IMG/VR virus record: IMGVR_UViG_3300049926_000007
Coordinates: 1 to 46,270 of that record
Reading direction: 5' to 3' (one strand)
Source: a virus
Taxonomy: Duplodnaviria; Caudoviricetes
DNA: 46,270 nt
Shown: positions 17,300 to 26,306 of the stretch, piece after piece
How positions within the stretch are numbered: position 1 is the stretch's first letter
Layout of the letters: each line of letters starts with the position of its first letter
Notes under the pieces: generated by a model
The model's database searches: none
The model's input: the letters and a program-made list of their open reading frames with translations, nothing else
What the model was told of the DNA's origin: nothing
Program-made: the position numbers and the translations under genes

Positions 17300-17371
17300 T
17301 CTCTGATAGCACAATGGTTAGTGCAGCGGACTGTTAATCCGTCGATCTAGGTTCGAATCCTGGTCGGAGAG
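17300..17371 (+). tRNA. tRNA-Asn(GTT)
   Basis: tctctga/tcggaga, G73; gcgga-ct GTT aa-tccgt. Confidence 0.92.
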
Positions 17372-17372
17372 C

Positions 17373-17439
17373 TGAGCTACTGAAGGACAGGCCTGAGCCT
17401 CCTAAGCCTAGGTCGAGGGTTCGAATCCCTCTAGCTCTA
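17373..17439 (+). tRNA. tRNA-Arg(CCT), truncated D-arm
   Basis: gagcta/tagctc; loop ct CCT aa; T-arm gaggg/ccctc; only 67 nt. Confidence 0.72.
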
Positions 17440-17440
17440 C

Positions 17441-17514
17441 ACCCGATTAGTTCAATGGGAGAACGGCTGTCTTACAAACAGCTCACGGCGGTTCGATTCC
17501 GTCATTGGGTACCA
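17441..17514 (+). tRNA. tRNA-Val(TAC), CCA encoded
   Basis: acccgat/attgggt; gctgt-ct TAC aa-acagc. Confidence 0.92.
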
Positions 17515-17557
17515 TCGCAGTCAGGCTGGCAGACTGTGACTGTAACTGTAGTCCAGC
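17515..17557 (+). ncRNA. H-type pseudoknot at the 3' end of the tRNA array
   Basis: S1 tcgcagtc/gactgtga; S2 gctgg/ccagc. Confidence 0.45.
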
Positions 17558-17576
17558 GATCATACCGAACGAGCTT

Positions 17577-17606
17577 GAGCCCACATCCCCTAGGTGTGGG
17601 CTTCTT
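17577..17606 (+). terminator. Hairpin (partial terminator or processing site) after the tRNA array
   Basis: gagcccaca...tgtgggctt followed by ctt. Confidence 0.45.
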
Positions 17607-17633
17607 GGCGTTCACACCTAACTAGGAGTTCAA

Positions 17634-18122
17634 GTGAATCAGTGGGGATTTAACGACGACGGCAGTGTCAACGATGGAAGTCAGCCCAATCCAAGCGACA
17701 ATTCGCAGGGCGGTGGACTACGACAGTTTGCAGAGAAGCAGGCAGCTGAGAACAAGGAACTGAAGGATGCCCTGGCCAGCATTCAGAAGGACCTTCGCGA
17801 TCAGAAGCTCGCATCCGTCTTCAACTCACTAGGCGTCCCAGGGGCAGCAGCCCTTTACCAGGGCGATGCCGATCCTGTCAAGGCTACTGAGTGGGTAACT
17901 ACCATGAAGGAAACCTTTGGCAGTGCTGGGGCTCCAGCCCCACAGACTAATAGTGCGCCACCTGTCGGGCTTACGCCCGAGCAGCAGCAGCAGCTTCAGA
18001 CCATCAATGAAGCGGGAGCTCAAGGCTCCCCGCTTGGATCTATGGAGCTAGCTCAGGCTGGCGTCTATGACGCATCTGATCTTAATGGCCTTATCGCCAA
18101 TTTCCAGCAGCACATTCGATAA
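17634..18122 (+). CDS. Capsid scaffolding protein
   Basis: Directly upstream of the capsid gene, coiled-coil segment, AGGAG SD. Confidence 0.75.
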   Translation: MNQWGFNDDGSVNDGSQPNPSDNSQGGGLRQFAEKQAAENKELKDALASIQKDLRDQKLASVFNSLGVPGAAALYQGDADPVKATEWVTTMKETFGSAGAPAPQTNSAPPVGLTPEQQQQLQTINEAGAQGSPLGSMELAQAGVYDASDLNGLIANFQQHIR

Positions 18123-18149
18123 GGTCTCCCACTTAGGGAGTTGAACGTC

Positions 18150-19133
18150 ATGGCGAATGCCTTTACTGGCACCGCTGCAATGGCTAACCTCGTACAGACT
18201 ACGTACGACCGCGCGCTTGAGTTCGCTCTTCGCGCACAGCCAATGTTCCGTACGATCGCGGACAAGCGTCCCGTACAGCAGGCAATGCCTGGTTCCAGCG
18301 TAGTCTTCTCGCTGTACCAGGATCTAGCGCAGGCAATCACCCCTCTTAACGAGCTGGTTGACCCTGACGCGGTATCGGCTGGTAACCCTACTACCGTCTC
18401 CGTTACTCTCAACGAGTACGGAAATTCTATCCTTGTCTCCAACAAGCTGGACCTGTTCAGCTTCACTGACGTGACCGCAGGTCTCGTCAACCAGGTGGCA
18501 TGGAATCTCGTAGACTCTGTGGACCTTCTGGTCCAGAATGTTCTTGCGACTGGAACTCAGACCATTCGTACTGACGGTACTACCGTTGGATATGGATTCG
18601 GTTCGACTCCTACGAACCCTATCGCCCTGACTGCGATTGACTCCGACTCGTTCTTCACCAGCACGATCGCGCGTCTATCCACTACTCAGCTGCGTACCAA
18701 CAAGGTTCACCCGAACAAGGGAAGCTACTACGTAGCTTACATTCACCCACAGGTGTCCTACGACCTGCGCCGCGAGACCGGCGCGGCAGCATGGCGCGAT
18801 CCTCACAACTACTCTGCGGCTGGAAACATCTGGGCCGGAGAGATCGGTGAGTACGAGGGTGCTTGCTACATTGAGACTCCTCGCTGCCAGAACGTGCAGT
18901 CCGGTGCTGGCGCTGGCGCCACTCAGACTCGTGTGTTCAACACTTACTTCACCGGCCAGCAGGCACTAGCCGAGGCTGTTGCAGAAGAGTTCCACACGGT
19001 TCGTGGTCCGGTAGTTGACAAGCTGACTCGCTTCCAGCCTCTCGGTTGGTACGGCGTAGCTGGCTGGAGCCTCTACCGTCCAGAGTCGCTGATTGTTGCC
19101 CAGACCACTTCTAGCGCGCGTCTGACCGCGTAA
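18150..19133 (+). CDS. Major capsid protein
   Basis: EYGN, IHPQVSYDLR, GEIGEYEG and DKLTRFQPLGWY motifs as in N4-gp56-like capsids; GGGAG SD before ATG 18150. Confidence 0.9.
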   Translation: MANAFTGTAAMANLVQTTYDRALEFALRAQPMFRTIADKRPVQQAMPGSSVVFSLYQDLAQAITPLNELVDPDAVSAGNPTTVSVTLNEYGNSILVSNKLDLFSFTDVTAGLVNQVAWNLVDSVDLLVQNVLATGTQTIRTDGTTVGYGFGSTPTNPIALTAIDSDSFFTSTIARLSTTQLRTNKVHPNKGSYYVAYIHPQVSYDLRRETGAAAWRDPHNYSAAGNIWAGEIGEYEGACYIETPRCQNVQSGAGAGATQTRVFNTYFTGQQALAEAVAEEFHTVRGPVVDKLTRFQPLGWYGVAGWSLYRPESLIVAQTTSSARLTA

Positions 19134-19148
19134 TCCTTAGGAGGATCA

Positions 19149-19472
19149 ATGTCTGGATTTGACAACAGCAGCTACACTGTTCGCACTGTAGCTGCAACGA
19201 CTGACACGCTGACTGCTAACGACTATGTCGTTATCTACACCAACAGCGCAACCAAGACGGTTACTCTTCCACCCGTTGCTACGACCCAGCCGGGTCGTGA
19301 GTACCAGATCATCTGCCAGAACACTGGTGTGCTGACCCTGGACGGCAACGCGTCTGAGACCATCAATGGCGCTACTACTTTCGCCATGGTTGCGGGTACT
19401 GTCGGTGGATCTACTGGCCGAGCGGGCATTGTGTCCGACGGTACCCAGTGGTTCACTATGTACTCTCAGTAA
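19149..19472 (+). CDS. Putative virion (decoration-like) protein, paralog 1
   Basis: Thr-rich, VTLP and IVSDGTQW; AGGAGG SD. Confidence 0.7.
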   Translation: MSGFDNSSYTVRTVAATTDTLTANDYVVIYTNSATKTVTLPPVATTQPGREYQIICQNTGVLTLDGNASETINGATTFAMVAGTVGGSTGRAGIVSDGTQWFTMYSQ

Positions 19473-19473
19473 G

Positions 19474-19815
19474 ATGTCTGGTGCTGACAACGCCAGCTAC
19501 ACCATACGTCACCTGACACAGGCGACGCAGCAGCAGACTGTTAGCCCCAATGACTCCGTCATCCTGTGGGAGAGTAATGGTTTCGCGATCTATACTCTCC
19601 CACTTGCTGCTCAGTTTCCCGGAAGGATGCTGAGTTTCATTCAGGTTAATGGAGCATCTGGGTCTATTCAGATCTTCGCTGCGGGGGCCAATACCGCTGA
19701 TGGAACCACGCTATCGTGGAACGTTGGCGGTGCTCAGGCTGGCAGGATGACTATCGTGTCTGATGGTGTTAATGGCTGGTGGAGCACTAACTCTGTCAAC
19801 GTGACTAGAGTCTAA
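19474..19815 (+). CDS. Putative virion (decoration-like) protein, paralog 2
   Basis: MSGADNASYT..YTLP..IVSDGVNGW aligns with the upstream gene. Confidence 0.7.
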   Translation: MSGADNASYTIRHLTQATQQQTVSPNDSVILWESNGFAIYTLPLAAQFPGRMLSFIQVNGASGSIQIFAAGANTADGTTLSWNVGGAQAGRMTIVSDGVNGWWSTNSVNVTRV

Positions 19816-19830
19816 CAAACAGGAGCCTCA

Positions 19831-20229
19831 GTGACTACTTGGCTATTTACCACGCCTACGGTTGCTGAGGCTCCGTTTGCGTGGAACCCTCTCATGCAGA
19901 GGTTCAGGATGAACAGGGGCGTCTCTGTAAGGGAGATGTCCCCTTGCTCGTATGAGCTGGTCCGATACGATGCATACACTGAAGAGATCGGTGCACTCAA
20001 CCTTCCACCGAATCCCAACGAGCAAGACCTTGTGTTCTGGCCAGCCCCAAGTACGGGGCTGCACTACTTTCGTGGTGGCTATGAACACCTCGTAGATGAT
20101 GACGTCAAGGCATGTCTCATCGCATCGGACATCGGCATCACAGATGATAACTTCACCATTCCATCAGGCTTTGGTTCTGGTGGATTTGGCGAGGGTCCCT
20201 TTGGGGGACCCCCAGTATTCGGAGGATAA
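19831..20229 (+). CDS. Hypothetical virion protein
   Basis: AGGAG SD; C-terminal GFG-GGFG-GPFGG. Confidence 0.7.
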   Translation: MTTWLFTTPTVAEAPFAWNPLMQRFRMNRGVSVREMSPCSYELVRYDAYTEEIGALNLPPNPNEQDLVFWPAPSTGLHYFRGGYEHLVDDDVKACLIASDIGITDDNFTIPSGFGSGGFGEGPFGGPPVFGG

Positions 20230-21945
20230 GTGACTTACACGCCCATCGTGATTGGCGCCCCAAACTGGGGACCACCGGTCAATGCGGCATTTGCCAGTCA
20301 GGACGCAAGGATCACTGCGAACCTCGATGACCTGGTCTTCAACGTCAAGAACCATGGTGCCGTCGGAGATGGAATCACTGACGATGCTGGCGCTATCAAC
20401 ACACTGATTAACACGGTCACCAACGCTGGTGCCCGAGGAACCATCTACTTCCCTCGTGGAACCTATGCCATCGGCAGCCCACTGCTGCCGACTGTGGCAA
20501 TGCGCTTCACTGGTGATGAAGGTGCTGTCATCAAGAGCAGCGCCTCTGATGTCATTAACTTCAACAACAACTACATGCACCCTGGACAGGGTGGCCAGGT
20601 TGGTGTGATCGAGTTCGATCACCTGATCCTAGACGCGACTGGTGGTCACGTCTTCAACAACGCGAACATCAATCAGGGCAGCTTCCATGATCTGATCCTG
20701 CACGCCAGATCTAGCGACAAGGGTGTCTGGAATCACGCTGGCAACCTTCAGGTGGTGGAGTTCAGTAACATCATCTCCACTGTCTATGGCGCTACTCGCA
20801 CGTTCCCTGGCTGGAACATCGTTGGCATTTCAACCTCCGATGTAGCCAACGTAACCTTCCGACACTGCCTGTTCCAGAACCACGATCTCGACGCTACGCA
20901 GTATCAGGTGCTCATCACCGCGACTGATGGCACTGCCGCTCGTCGCTATCACCAGCAGAACGCTTTCCGGGATTGCTTCTTTGAGGCGCCGTATGGCGGC
21001 GCCATCAAGTGCATGTCTGGGCAGGGAACTGTGCTGGACAACTGCCGTACGTATGACACGTTTGTCAACACTGTTGGCAACAGCCTGTTCTACTTCGGTC
21101 AGGCAAGTCCTGGCACGTGGCCTTCAACCAACAACATCATCACTAATTGCGGTCGAGACCTTCAGGGCCCGAACGGATCCACTACGTGGGATGTCCAGCT
21201 TGAGTCCACCAGTATCCAGACCACGATCAGCAACTATGATGTGCGTGATATCCCAGGCACGTTCGATGGTCACCCACTGCTGAACCTCGGTAACAGCACT
21301 AGCGTCAGCCTGACCAACAACGCTGAGCAGACTCTCACCAATAGCAATGTTGTTGGGCTGTGGAACTTCTCTCCGGATGGTATCCCAGCAGCCAATAGCG
21401 CAAGCTCTCCAATGACTTCTGGCCCGCTTGAGATGGGTTGGAAGGCTTGGACTTTCGATCCCGTCATCGTAAGTGGTGGATCCACCGTCGTAACCGGTGG
21501 AACCGTCTACCTGTGCAAGGTGCTGGTTCGTCAGCCAATCTCGATTTCGAACATTCATCTCTACGTCAAGACTGCGGGAGCGACGCTCACCGCAGGCCAG
21601 AACTTCGCCGGTATCTACAACTCTGCTGGAACCCTGGTTGCACAGACCGCCGACCAGGCGGCCAACTGGACCACTTCCAATATCTTCAGGACTATCGCCC
21701 TGACTGGAGCACCATTCACCCTGAATCCAGGATTTTACTGGGTGTCCGTGGTCGCCAACGGAACTACCCCGCCCGCCTTTGGGCGAGGCGTTAGCACCGA
21801 GGGTACTGCTCTGTATGCAGGAAGTGTTACCAACGCAAACTACAGGTTCGCGACCAATGGAACTGGCCAGACTACTCTTCCAGGATCCATCACCCCAAGT
21901 GCCAACGTTGTTGGTACTAACCCGATCTGGTTCGCACTCTCTTAA
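20230..21945 (+). CDS. Tailspike / receptor-binding protein with pectate-lyase-like beta-helix
   Basis: FNVKNHGAVGDGITDD and IYFPRGTY motifs; Asn-rich beta-helix repeats. Confidence 0.8.
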   Translation: MTYTPIVIGAPNWGPPVNAAFASQDARITANLDDLVFNVKNHGAVGDGITDDAGAINTLINTVTNAGARGTIYFPRGTYAIGSPLLPTVAMRFTGDEGAVIKSSASDVINFNNNYMHPGQGGQVGVIEFDHLILDATGGHVFNNANINQGSFHDLILHARSSDKGVWNHAGNLQVVEFSNIISTVYGATRTFPGWNIVGISTSDVANVTFRHCLFQNHDLDATQYQVLITATDGTAARRYHQQNAFRDCFFEAPYGGAIKCMSGQGTVLDNCRTYDTFVNTVGNSLFYFGQASPGTWPSTNNIITNCGRDLQGPNGSTTWDVQLESTSIQTTISNYDVRDIPGTFDGHPLLNLGNSTSVSLTNNAEQTLTNSNVVGLWNFSPDGIPAANSASSPMTSGPLEMGWKAWTFDPVIVSGGSTVVTGGTVYLCKVLVRQPISISNIHLYVKTAGATLTAGQNFAGIYNSAGTLVAQTADQAANWTTSNIFRTIALTGAPFTLNPGFYWVSVVANGTTPPAFGRGVSTEGTALYAGSVTNANYRFATNGTGQTTLPGSITPSANVVGTNPIWFALS

Positions 21946-21954
21946 GGAGGCTTG

Positions 21955-22131
21955 ATGAGCATTTCATCTGATCGCATCGTCAAGAAGTTCATCCCTGTCT
22001 TTAGTAGTGAAGCTCAGTGGTCTTCGGAGCAGGACACATTTGACGCTGCTGCAATCCTGGCCGACACTAACCGAGGAGAGTTCTCTGAGGCGTACGTCAT
22101 TGAAGCCTTCAAGATCGAGGAGGCGCCCTGA
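21955..22131 (+). CDS. Hypothetical protein (58 aa, not in ORF track)
   Basis: AAGGAGG SD; MSISSDRIVKKF...EEAP; TGATG coupling to the next gene. Confidence 0.65.
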   Translation: MSISSDRIVKKFIPVFSSEAQWSSEQDTFDAAAILADTNRGEFSEAYVIEAFKIEEAP

Positions 22132-22310
22132 TGGCTGCAAAGCCTAACAAGAAGGCACCGCTCGGTCAGGGTGGACGCTTCGCAGCGGTTGCTAAGGCTG
22201 CTGGTGGAGGTAAGAAGGGTGCCGCTATTGCGGCAGCCGCAGGCCGCAAGAAGTATGGAGCTGCCAAGATGGCCAAGATGGCGGCAGCCGGAAAGAAGAA
22301 GGCGAAGTAA
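22131..22310 (+). CDS. Small, very basic Ala/Lys/Gly protein (59 aa, not in ORF track)
   Basis: MAAKPNKKAPLGQGGRFAAV...KKKAK; GAGGAGG SD. Confidence 0.75.
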   Translation: MAAKPNKKAPLGQGGRFAAVAKAAGGGKKGAAIAAAAGRKKYGAAKMAKMAAAGKKKAK

Positions 22311-22311
22311 T

Positions 22312-22572
22312 ATGCCTGGACTGAACTACGATCCCGCAAAGACTGCGGGCAGTGAGAACTATGAGCCTTACGCTGCTGGACTTGAAGACGTTCCTCCCGC
22401 ACCCATTGGCCCCGGTGGGGCAACTGTCAATGTAGAGAACAACGAGAAGGGCATCCTCGAAGAGGGGATGGCTAGTATCATCTCTCGTCACCAGCAGGCA
22501 GCTCTAGGCTCCAGTCACGACGCCGAGCGTCGTGGTATCTACATGACTAATTCCGTTGGAGACAACGACTGA
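22312..22572 (+). CDS. Hypothetical protein
   Basis: MPGLNYDPAK..., packed in operon. Confidence 0.7.
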   Translation: MPGLNYDPAKTAGSENYEPYAAGLEDVPPAPIGPGGATVNVENNEKGILEEGMASIISRHQQAALGSSHDAERRGIYMTNSVGDND

Positions 22573-22652
22573 TGTGTAATCTGTGCGGCCGTCCTTGGCC
22601 GCAATGCATCTGCATCAAGCCAACTCCGCCCTATCCCCCAGCACCGAGGTAA
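22572..22652 (+). CDS. 26-aa Cys/Pro-rich microprotein
   Basis: MCNLCGRPWPQCICIKPTPPYPPAPR; TGATG coupling; fills the gap exactly. Confidence 0.5.
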   Translation: MCNLCGRPWPQCICIKPTPPYPPAPR

Positions 22653-22654
22653 GC

Positions 22655-22906
22655 ATGCCACCCGCAAAGAGGACGACCGACACGGCTACTACAGCCAACA
22701 CCAAGCCAGATCCATACGAGCTTAGCGTAGGGAAGGTGGTCAACATCTCGATCTCCGGCAAGACGGTACACAGGAGCGCAGAGATCCTGACCGTTAGCGG
22801 GAGTGGTCTCACCGTTAGGACGAACTCAGCGGTTCCTCCGGGAGCTGAGATCACCTTTGTTCCGTGGAGCGCGATTGAAGGGGTTGGAATCTGTGGCGCG
22901 AGGTAA
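22655..22906 (+). CDS. Hypothetical protein (possibly Sm-like beta fold)
   Basis: GAGG SD; FVPWSAIE C-terminal motif. Confidence 0.65.
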   Translation: MPPAKRTTDTATTANTKPDPYELSVGKVVNISISGKTVHRSAEILTVSGSGLTVRTNSAVPPGAEITFVPWSAIEGVGICGAR

Positions 22907-23159
22907 GTCCCGCAAGAACTGCACTTCCGGTTGCTCAACTGGCGGTCACGCCAGTTGGGGTGAGTGTGTTCGCTCCAAGGGAATCCAGATCAATCCCAGC
23001 CTGATGGATACTGGTCGGCAGAAGGCTTGGGATTCCGAGCTAGATGCATACAAGTCCGCTACCGACCAGGGAATCCAGCCCGATACCACCAAGATGCGTG
23101 ATATCCAGGCAGCTCTAGATAAGAGCGACGCCTCGGGCGTCGCGTACGTCGGAGAGTAA
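22893..23159 (+). CDS. Hypothetical protein with Cys/His motif
   Basis: (M)ARGKSRKNCTSGCSTGGHASWGEC; start estimated. Confidence 0.6.
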   Translation: MARGKSRKNCTSGCSTGGHASWGECVRSKGIQINPSLMDTGRQKAWDSELDAYKSATDQGIQPDTTKMRDIQAALDKSDASGVAYVGE

Positions 23160-23160
23160 T

Positions 23161-23556
23161 ATGCCAGAAGCAAACATCAGCGTGACGAAGAACAGGACCA
23201 CTCCTGGCAACATCCTAGAGAACTGTGCAACCGCTACGGCTACCGTTACTCCAGCTCCGATCATCACCATTCCAGCCAACGGAACCTGGAAGGGCTCCGT
23301 CTCTGTGTGTGCGGCTAACAACGTAACCACTGGGGCAAGGCAAGATGCTCGCATTGTCACCTCGGGAGCCGGTGGAGCACCGGCCGATGGAACTGTGCTG
23401 GTTGTGGCAATCTCCTATCGCGACACCTCTCCTGGTGTTATGTACCTCTCTGGCGTGACCATTGCCGCTGGAGCCAATCCAATCACTCTCAACCTGGTGA
23501 ACTCCACGGCGACTACGTTCTCTAGCTCTGGTGCGGCAGCAGGCGAGCTTCTCTAA
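23161..23556 (+). CDS. Putative virion protein
   Basis: GGAG SD; Thr/Ala-rich. Confidence 0.7.
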   Translation: MPEANISVTKNRTTPGNILENCATATATVTPAPIITIPANGTWKGSVSVCAANNVTTGARQDARIVTSGAGGAPADGTVLVVAISYRDTSPGVMYLSGVTIAAGANPITLNLVNSTATTFSSSGAAAGELL

Positions 23557-23565
23557 GGAGGACGT

Positions 23566-24126
23566 ATGGCAGAAAACAAGGTTGGCGTAGAGACCACTAG
23601 CGCCTCACCGATCTTCATCTCTACGGCACCGAATCCAGCAATCAAGGGCGGATACGTCTACTCGGTTGGTGGCGTTCCTGGGGTCGTCGCAGCGAACAAC
23701 TTCCTGAGCCTCTTCAATCCTGTTGGGTCTGGCAGGACTGTCGCACTTGGCGCTGCGTACATCAGTAGCTTTGCTCTGGGAGCGGCGCTTACGCCCGCTC
23801 CCATGAATGGGTTCAGGATTACCACCGCCACGGGCGGTACTCTCCAGAGTAATACCACTGCTGTTACTGAGTTCCAGACCGCTATGCCAACATCTGTGTG
23901 TGAGGTTAGGACGGGTAACCCAACGGTTACCCTTGGTCCACAGATCTTCAACGCCTCTCCCGTGGTTTCACCCGCCGCTGGAGGATCTACACTACAGACC
24001 ATTGCGGCAGCACCTGCCGTCTTTCCTCCGTTCACGCTGGTTCCTGGTGAGGGAGTCGTCCTTAGGACGACCAGTGGTCTTGTGGCCACCCTATGGAACA
24101 TCAGTCTTGTCTGGGCCGAGCTCTAA
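23566..24126 (+). CDS. Putative virion protein
   Basis: AAGGAGG SD; C-terminal LVPGEGVVLR..WAEL. Confidence 0.7.
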   Translation: MAENKVGVETTSASPIFISTAPNPAIKGGYVYSVGGVPGVVAANNFLSLFNPVGSGRTVALGAAYISSFALGAALTPAPMNGFRITTATGGTLQSNTTAVTEFQTAMPTSVCEVRTGNPTVTLGPQIFNASPVVSPAAGGSTLQTIAAAPAVFPPFTLVPGEGVVLRTTSGLVATLWNISLVWAEL

Positions 24127-24135
24127 GGAATTGCA

Positions 24136-25074
24136 ATGCCTGTCACGTACGCACAGCTAGTAGACCGAGTGAAGCAGCAGCTACTTGGTTACACTCGGGA
24201 TCAGGCTTCTATCTCGTACCTGACCGCCGACATTACGGATCCCGCAGCACTCACCTTCGTCGTTGACCCCGACACCGCTAACAACCTATCTCGCGGTCTG
24301 ATTGAGGTCAACGATGAGCTAATGCTTGCCAAGAAGATTGACCGCACTTCTGCGACTGTCACCGTCATGGGTACCGCCACCGCCGTAGGGCGTGGCGTTG
24401 AAGGAACTGTTGCAACCACTCATGCTGAAGGATCCCTCGTTACGAATGATCCCCGATTCCCGAGAGCTCGGATCAAGGAAGCTATCAACGACTCTATCAA
24501 TGGAGTCTATCCAGACCTGTGGGTATTCGACCAGTTCGAGTTCCCATACCTCGCAGCACGCTATGAGTACCCAGTGCCAGCAGCGGTAGAAGATGTGTAT
24601 AAGGTCGTGTCCAACACGATCGGCCCATCTGGTGTCTGGTTCCCCGTCCAGAAGTGGCGTCTCAACGTCATGGCAAGCACCACCAGCGGCCAGGTAAAGC
24701 CCTCTCCGACTCCCACTGGCAAGACTATCCAGGTGTACGATTTCATCGTCCCTGGACGCAACGTGAGGGTCTCCTACACTAAGAAGCCAACCACGCTCAC
24801 ACTGGAGAATCAGGACTTCGAGCTGACTACTGGACTACCAGAGCGCGTAGTTGACCTGATTACCTTCGGCGCCTGCTGGCGCCTGATTCCAGCATACGAG
24901 GCAGCGCGACTACAGCAGTCCAGCATTGAGACCACCGAGCGAGCGCCACTTGTCAACTCTGGTGCAGCAAGTGCGGCATCTCAGTACTTCATGGCGCTAT
25001 ACAGCAAGCGACTGGCTGAAGAGCGCACTCGTATGCAGCGTCTCTTTGAGACCTACACCAACTTCAACGGATAA
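24136..25074 (+). CDS. Putative head-tail adaptor (tail tubular A-like)
   Basis: Position; IKEAINDSI helix; function inferred. Confidence 0.55.
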   Translation: MPVTYAQLVDRVKQQLLGYTRDQASISYLTADITDPAALTFVVDPDTANNLSRGLIEVNDELMLAKKIDRTSATVTVMGTATAVGRGVEGTVATTHAEGSLVTNDPRFPRARIKEAINDSINGVYPDLWVFDQFEFPYLAARYEYPVPAAVEDVYKVVSNTIGPSGVWFPVQKWRLNVMASTTSGQVKPSPTPTGKTIQVYDFIVPGRNVRVSYTKKPTTLTLENQDFELTTGLPERVVDLITFGACWRLIPAYEAARLQQSSIETTERAPLVNSGAASAASQYFMALYSKRLAEERTRMQRLFETYTNFNG

Positions 25075-25083
25075 GGAGGAGCG

Positions 25084-26298
25084 ATGACCGTACGTTTCTA
25101 CTCCAGCGTAGCCCAGCAGACTACTCTGACTGGCACTATCAACGCATCCGTAACCAGCATTACTGTCGCCTCTGTTACTGGCTTTCCAGTCAGCTTCCCG
25201 TACACGCTAGCGATCGACTATGGTTCCAGCTCCAACGAGCTAGTCGATGTGAGTAATGCGGCAGGTACGACGCTCACTGTAACGCGTGCCGTTGACGGCA
25301 CGTCTGGACAGAGTCACAGCAGTGGGGCAAACGTTCGTCACGTCTCTTCTGGTCGCGACTTCGCAGACTCTCGCAGTCACGAGAATGCGAGTACTAGCGT
25401 TCATGGCGTCAGTGGCTCCGTGGTCGGAACCACTGGAGTGCAGAGTCTGAGCAACAAGACCCTTACCTCTCCGACGATCAATTCCGGTGCGCTGAATGGA
25501 ACCTTCACCGGCAATCCAACCTTCTCCGGAACTCCAGTATTCGGTGGTGGCACGCTTAACGGCACCTACTCTGGAAACCCTACGTTCTCTGGTACTCCGA
25601 CATTCGCCGGAGCTACAATGAATGGAACGTACACCGGAACTCCAGTCTTTACTGGAGCACCTATCTTCCGTGGTGCTGGCGCCACCTCTGATGCGTTCGC
25701 CGCGACCGTGTCGGGCGACACCTTCAACCGTCTCCTGGCGCAGGCTGACGGCAAGCTTCTGTGGGGCTCTGGTGCAGCCACTCGTGATACCAACCTGTAT
25801 CGCAATGGCGTAGGTATCCTCAAGACCGACGGAGACTTCTCCGTCGCTGGTAATATCACCAGCTCCACGAACTTCAACACCGCTGCATGGACTCCATATG
25901 TCGTCATCTGGGATCAGTCGTCTGGCACTAACCCAAACCTCGGTAATGGAACCCTGATTGGCAAGTATCAGCGCGTTGGTAGGACTATCAATGTCAATAT
26001 CAACATGACCGCTGGAACGACTACCACGTTCGGTAATGGTGGATGGCGATTCTCTCTACCGTTCGCAGCAGCGAACGATACTCACTTCATGGTTGGAGTA
26101 GCGCACGCACTCTGTGCTGGCGCTCGTTACATGGGTAGCAACGTGGTTTCTGCTGGCGCTACCAACACCAGTCCATTCATGAGCAGTGTGTCCATCGTGA
26201 GTCAGCTCTTCCAGGCCAACTCAACCACTCCAGATAGCTGGGTAGCAAACAGTAGCAACACCCTTCGTCTGACTTTCCAGTACGAGGCTGCTAGCTAA
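25084..26298 (+). CDS. Minor tail / fibre protein with internal repeats
   Basis: LTVTRAVDGT motif; three 21-aa repeats; C-terminal receptor-binding-like domain. Confidence 0.7.
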   Translation: MTVRFYSSVAQQTTLTGTINASVTSITVASVTGFPVSFPYTLAIDYGSSSNELVDVSNAAGTTLTVTRAVDGTSGQSHSSGANVRHVSSGRDFADSRSHENASTSVHGVSGSVVGTTGVQSLSNKTLTSPTINSGALNGTFTGNPTFSGTPVFGGGTLNGTYSGNPTFSGTPTFAGATMNGTYTGTPVFTGAPIFRGAGATSDAFAATVSGDTFNRLLAQADGKLLWGSGAATRDTNLYRNGVGILKTDGDFSVAGNITSSTNFNTAAWTPYVVIWDQSSGTNPNLGNGTLIGKYQRVGRTINVNINMTAGTTTTFGNGGWRFSLPFAAANDTHFMVGVAHALCAGARYMGSNVVSAGATNTSPFMSSVSIVSQLFQANSTTPDSWVANSSNTLRLTFQYEAAS

Positions 26299-26306
26299 GG
26301 AGAGTC

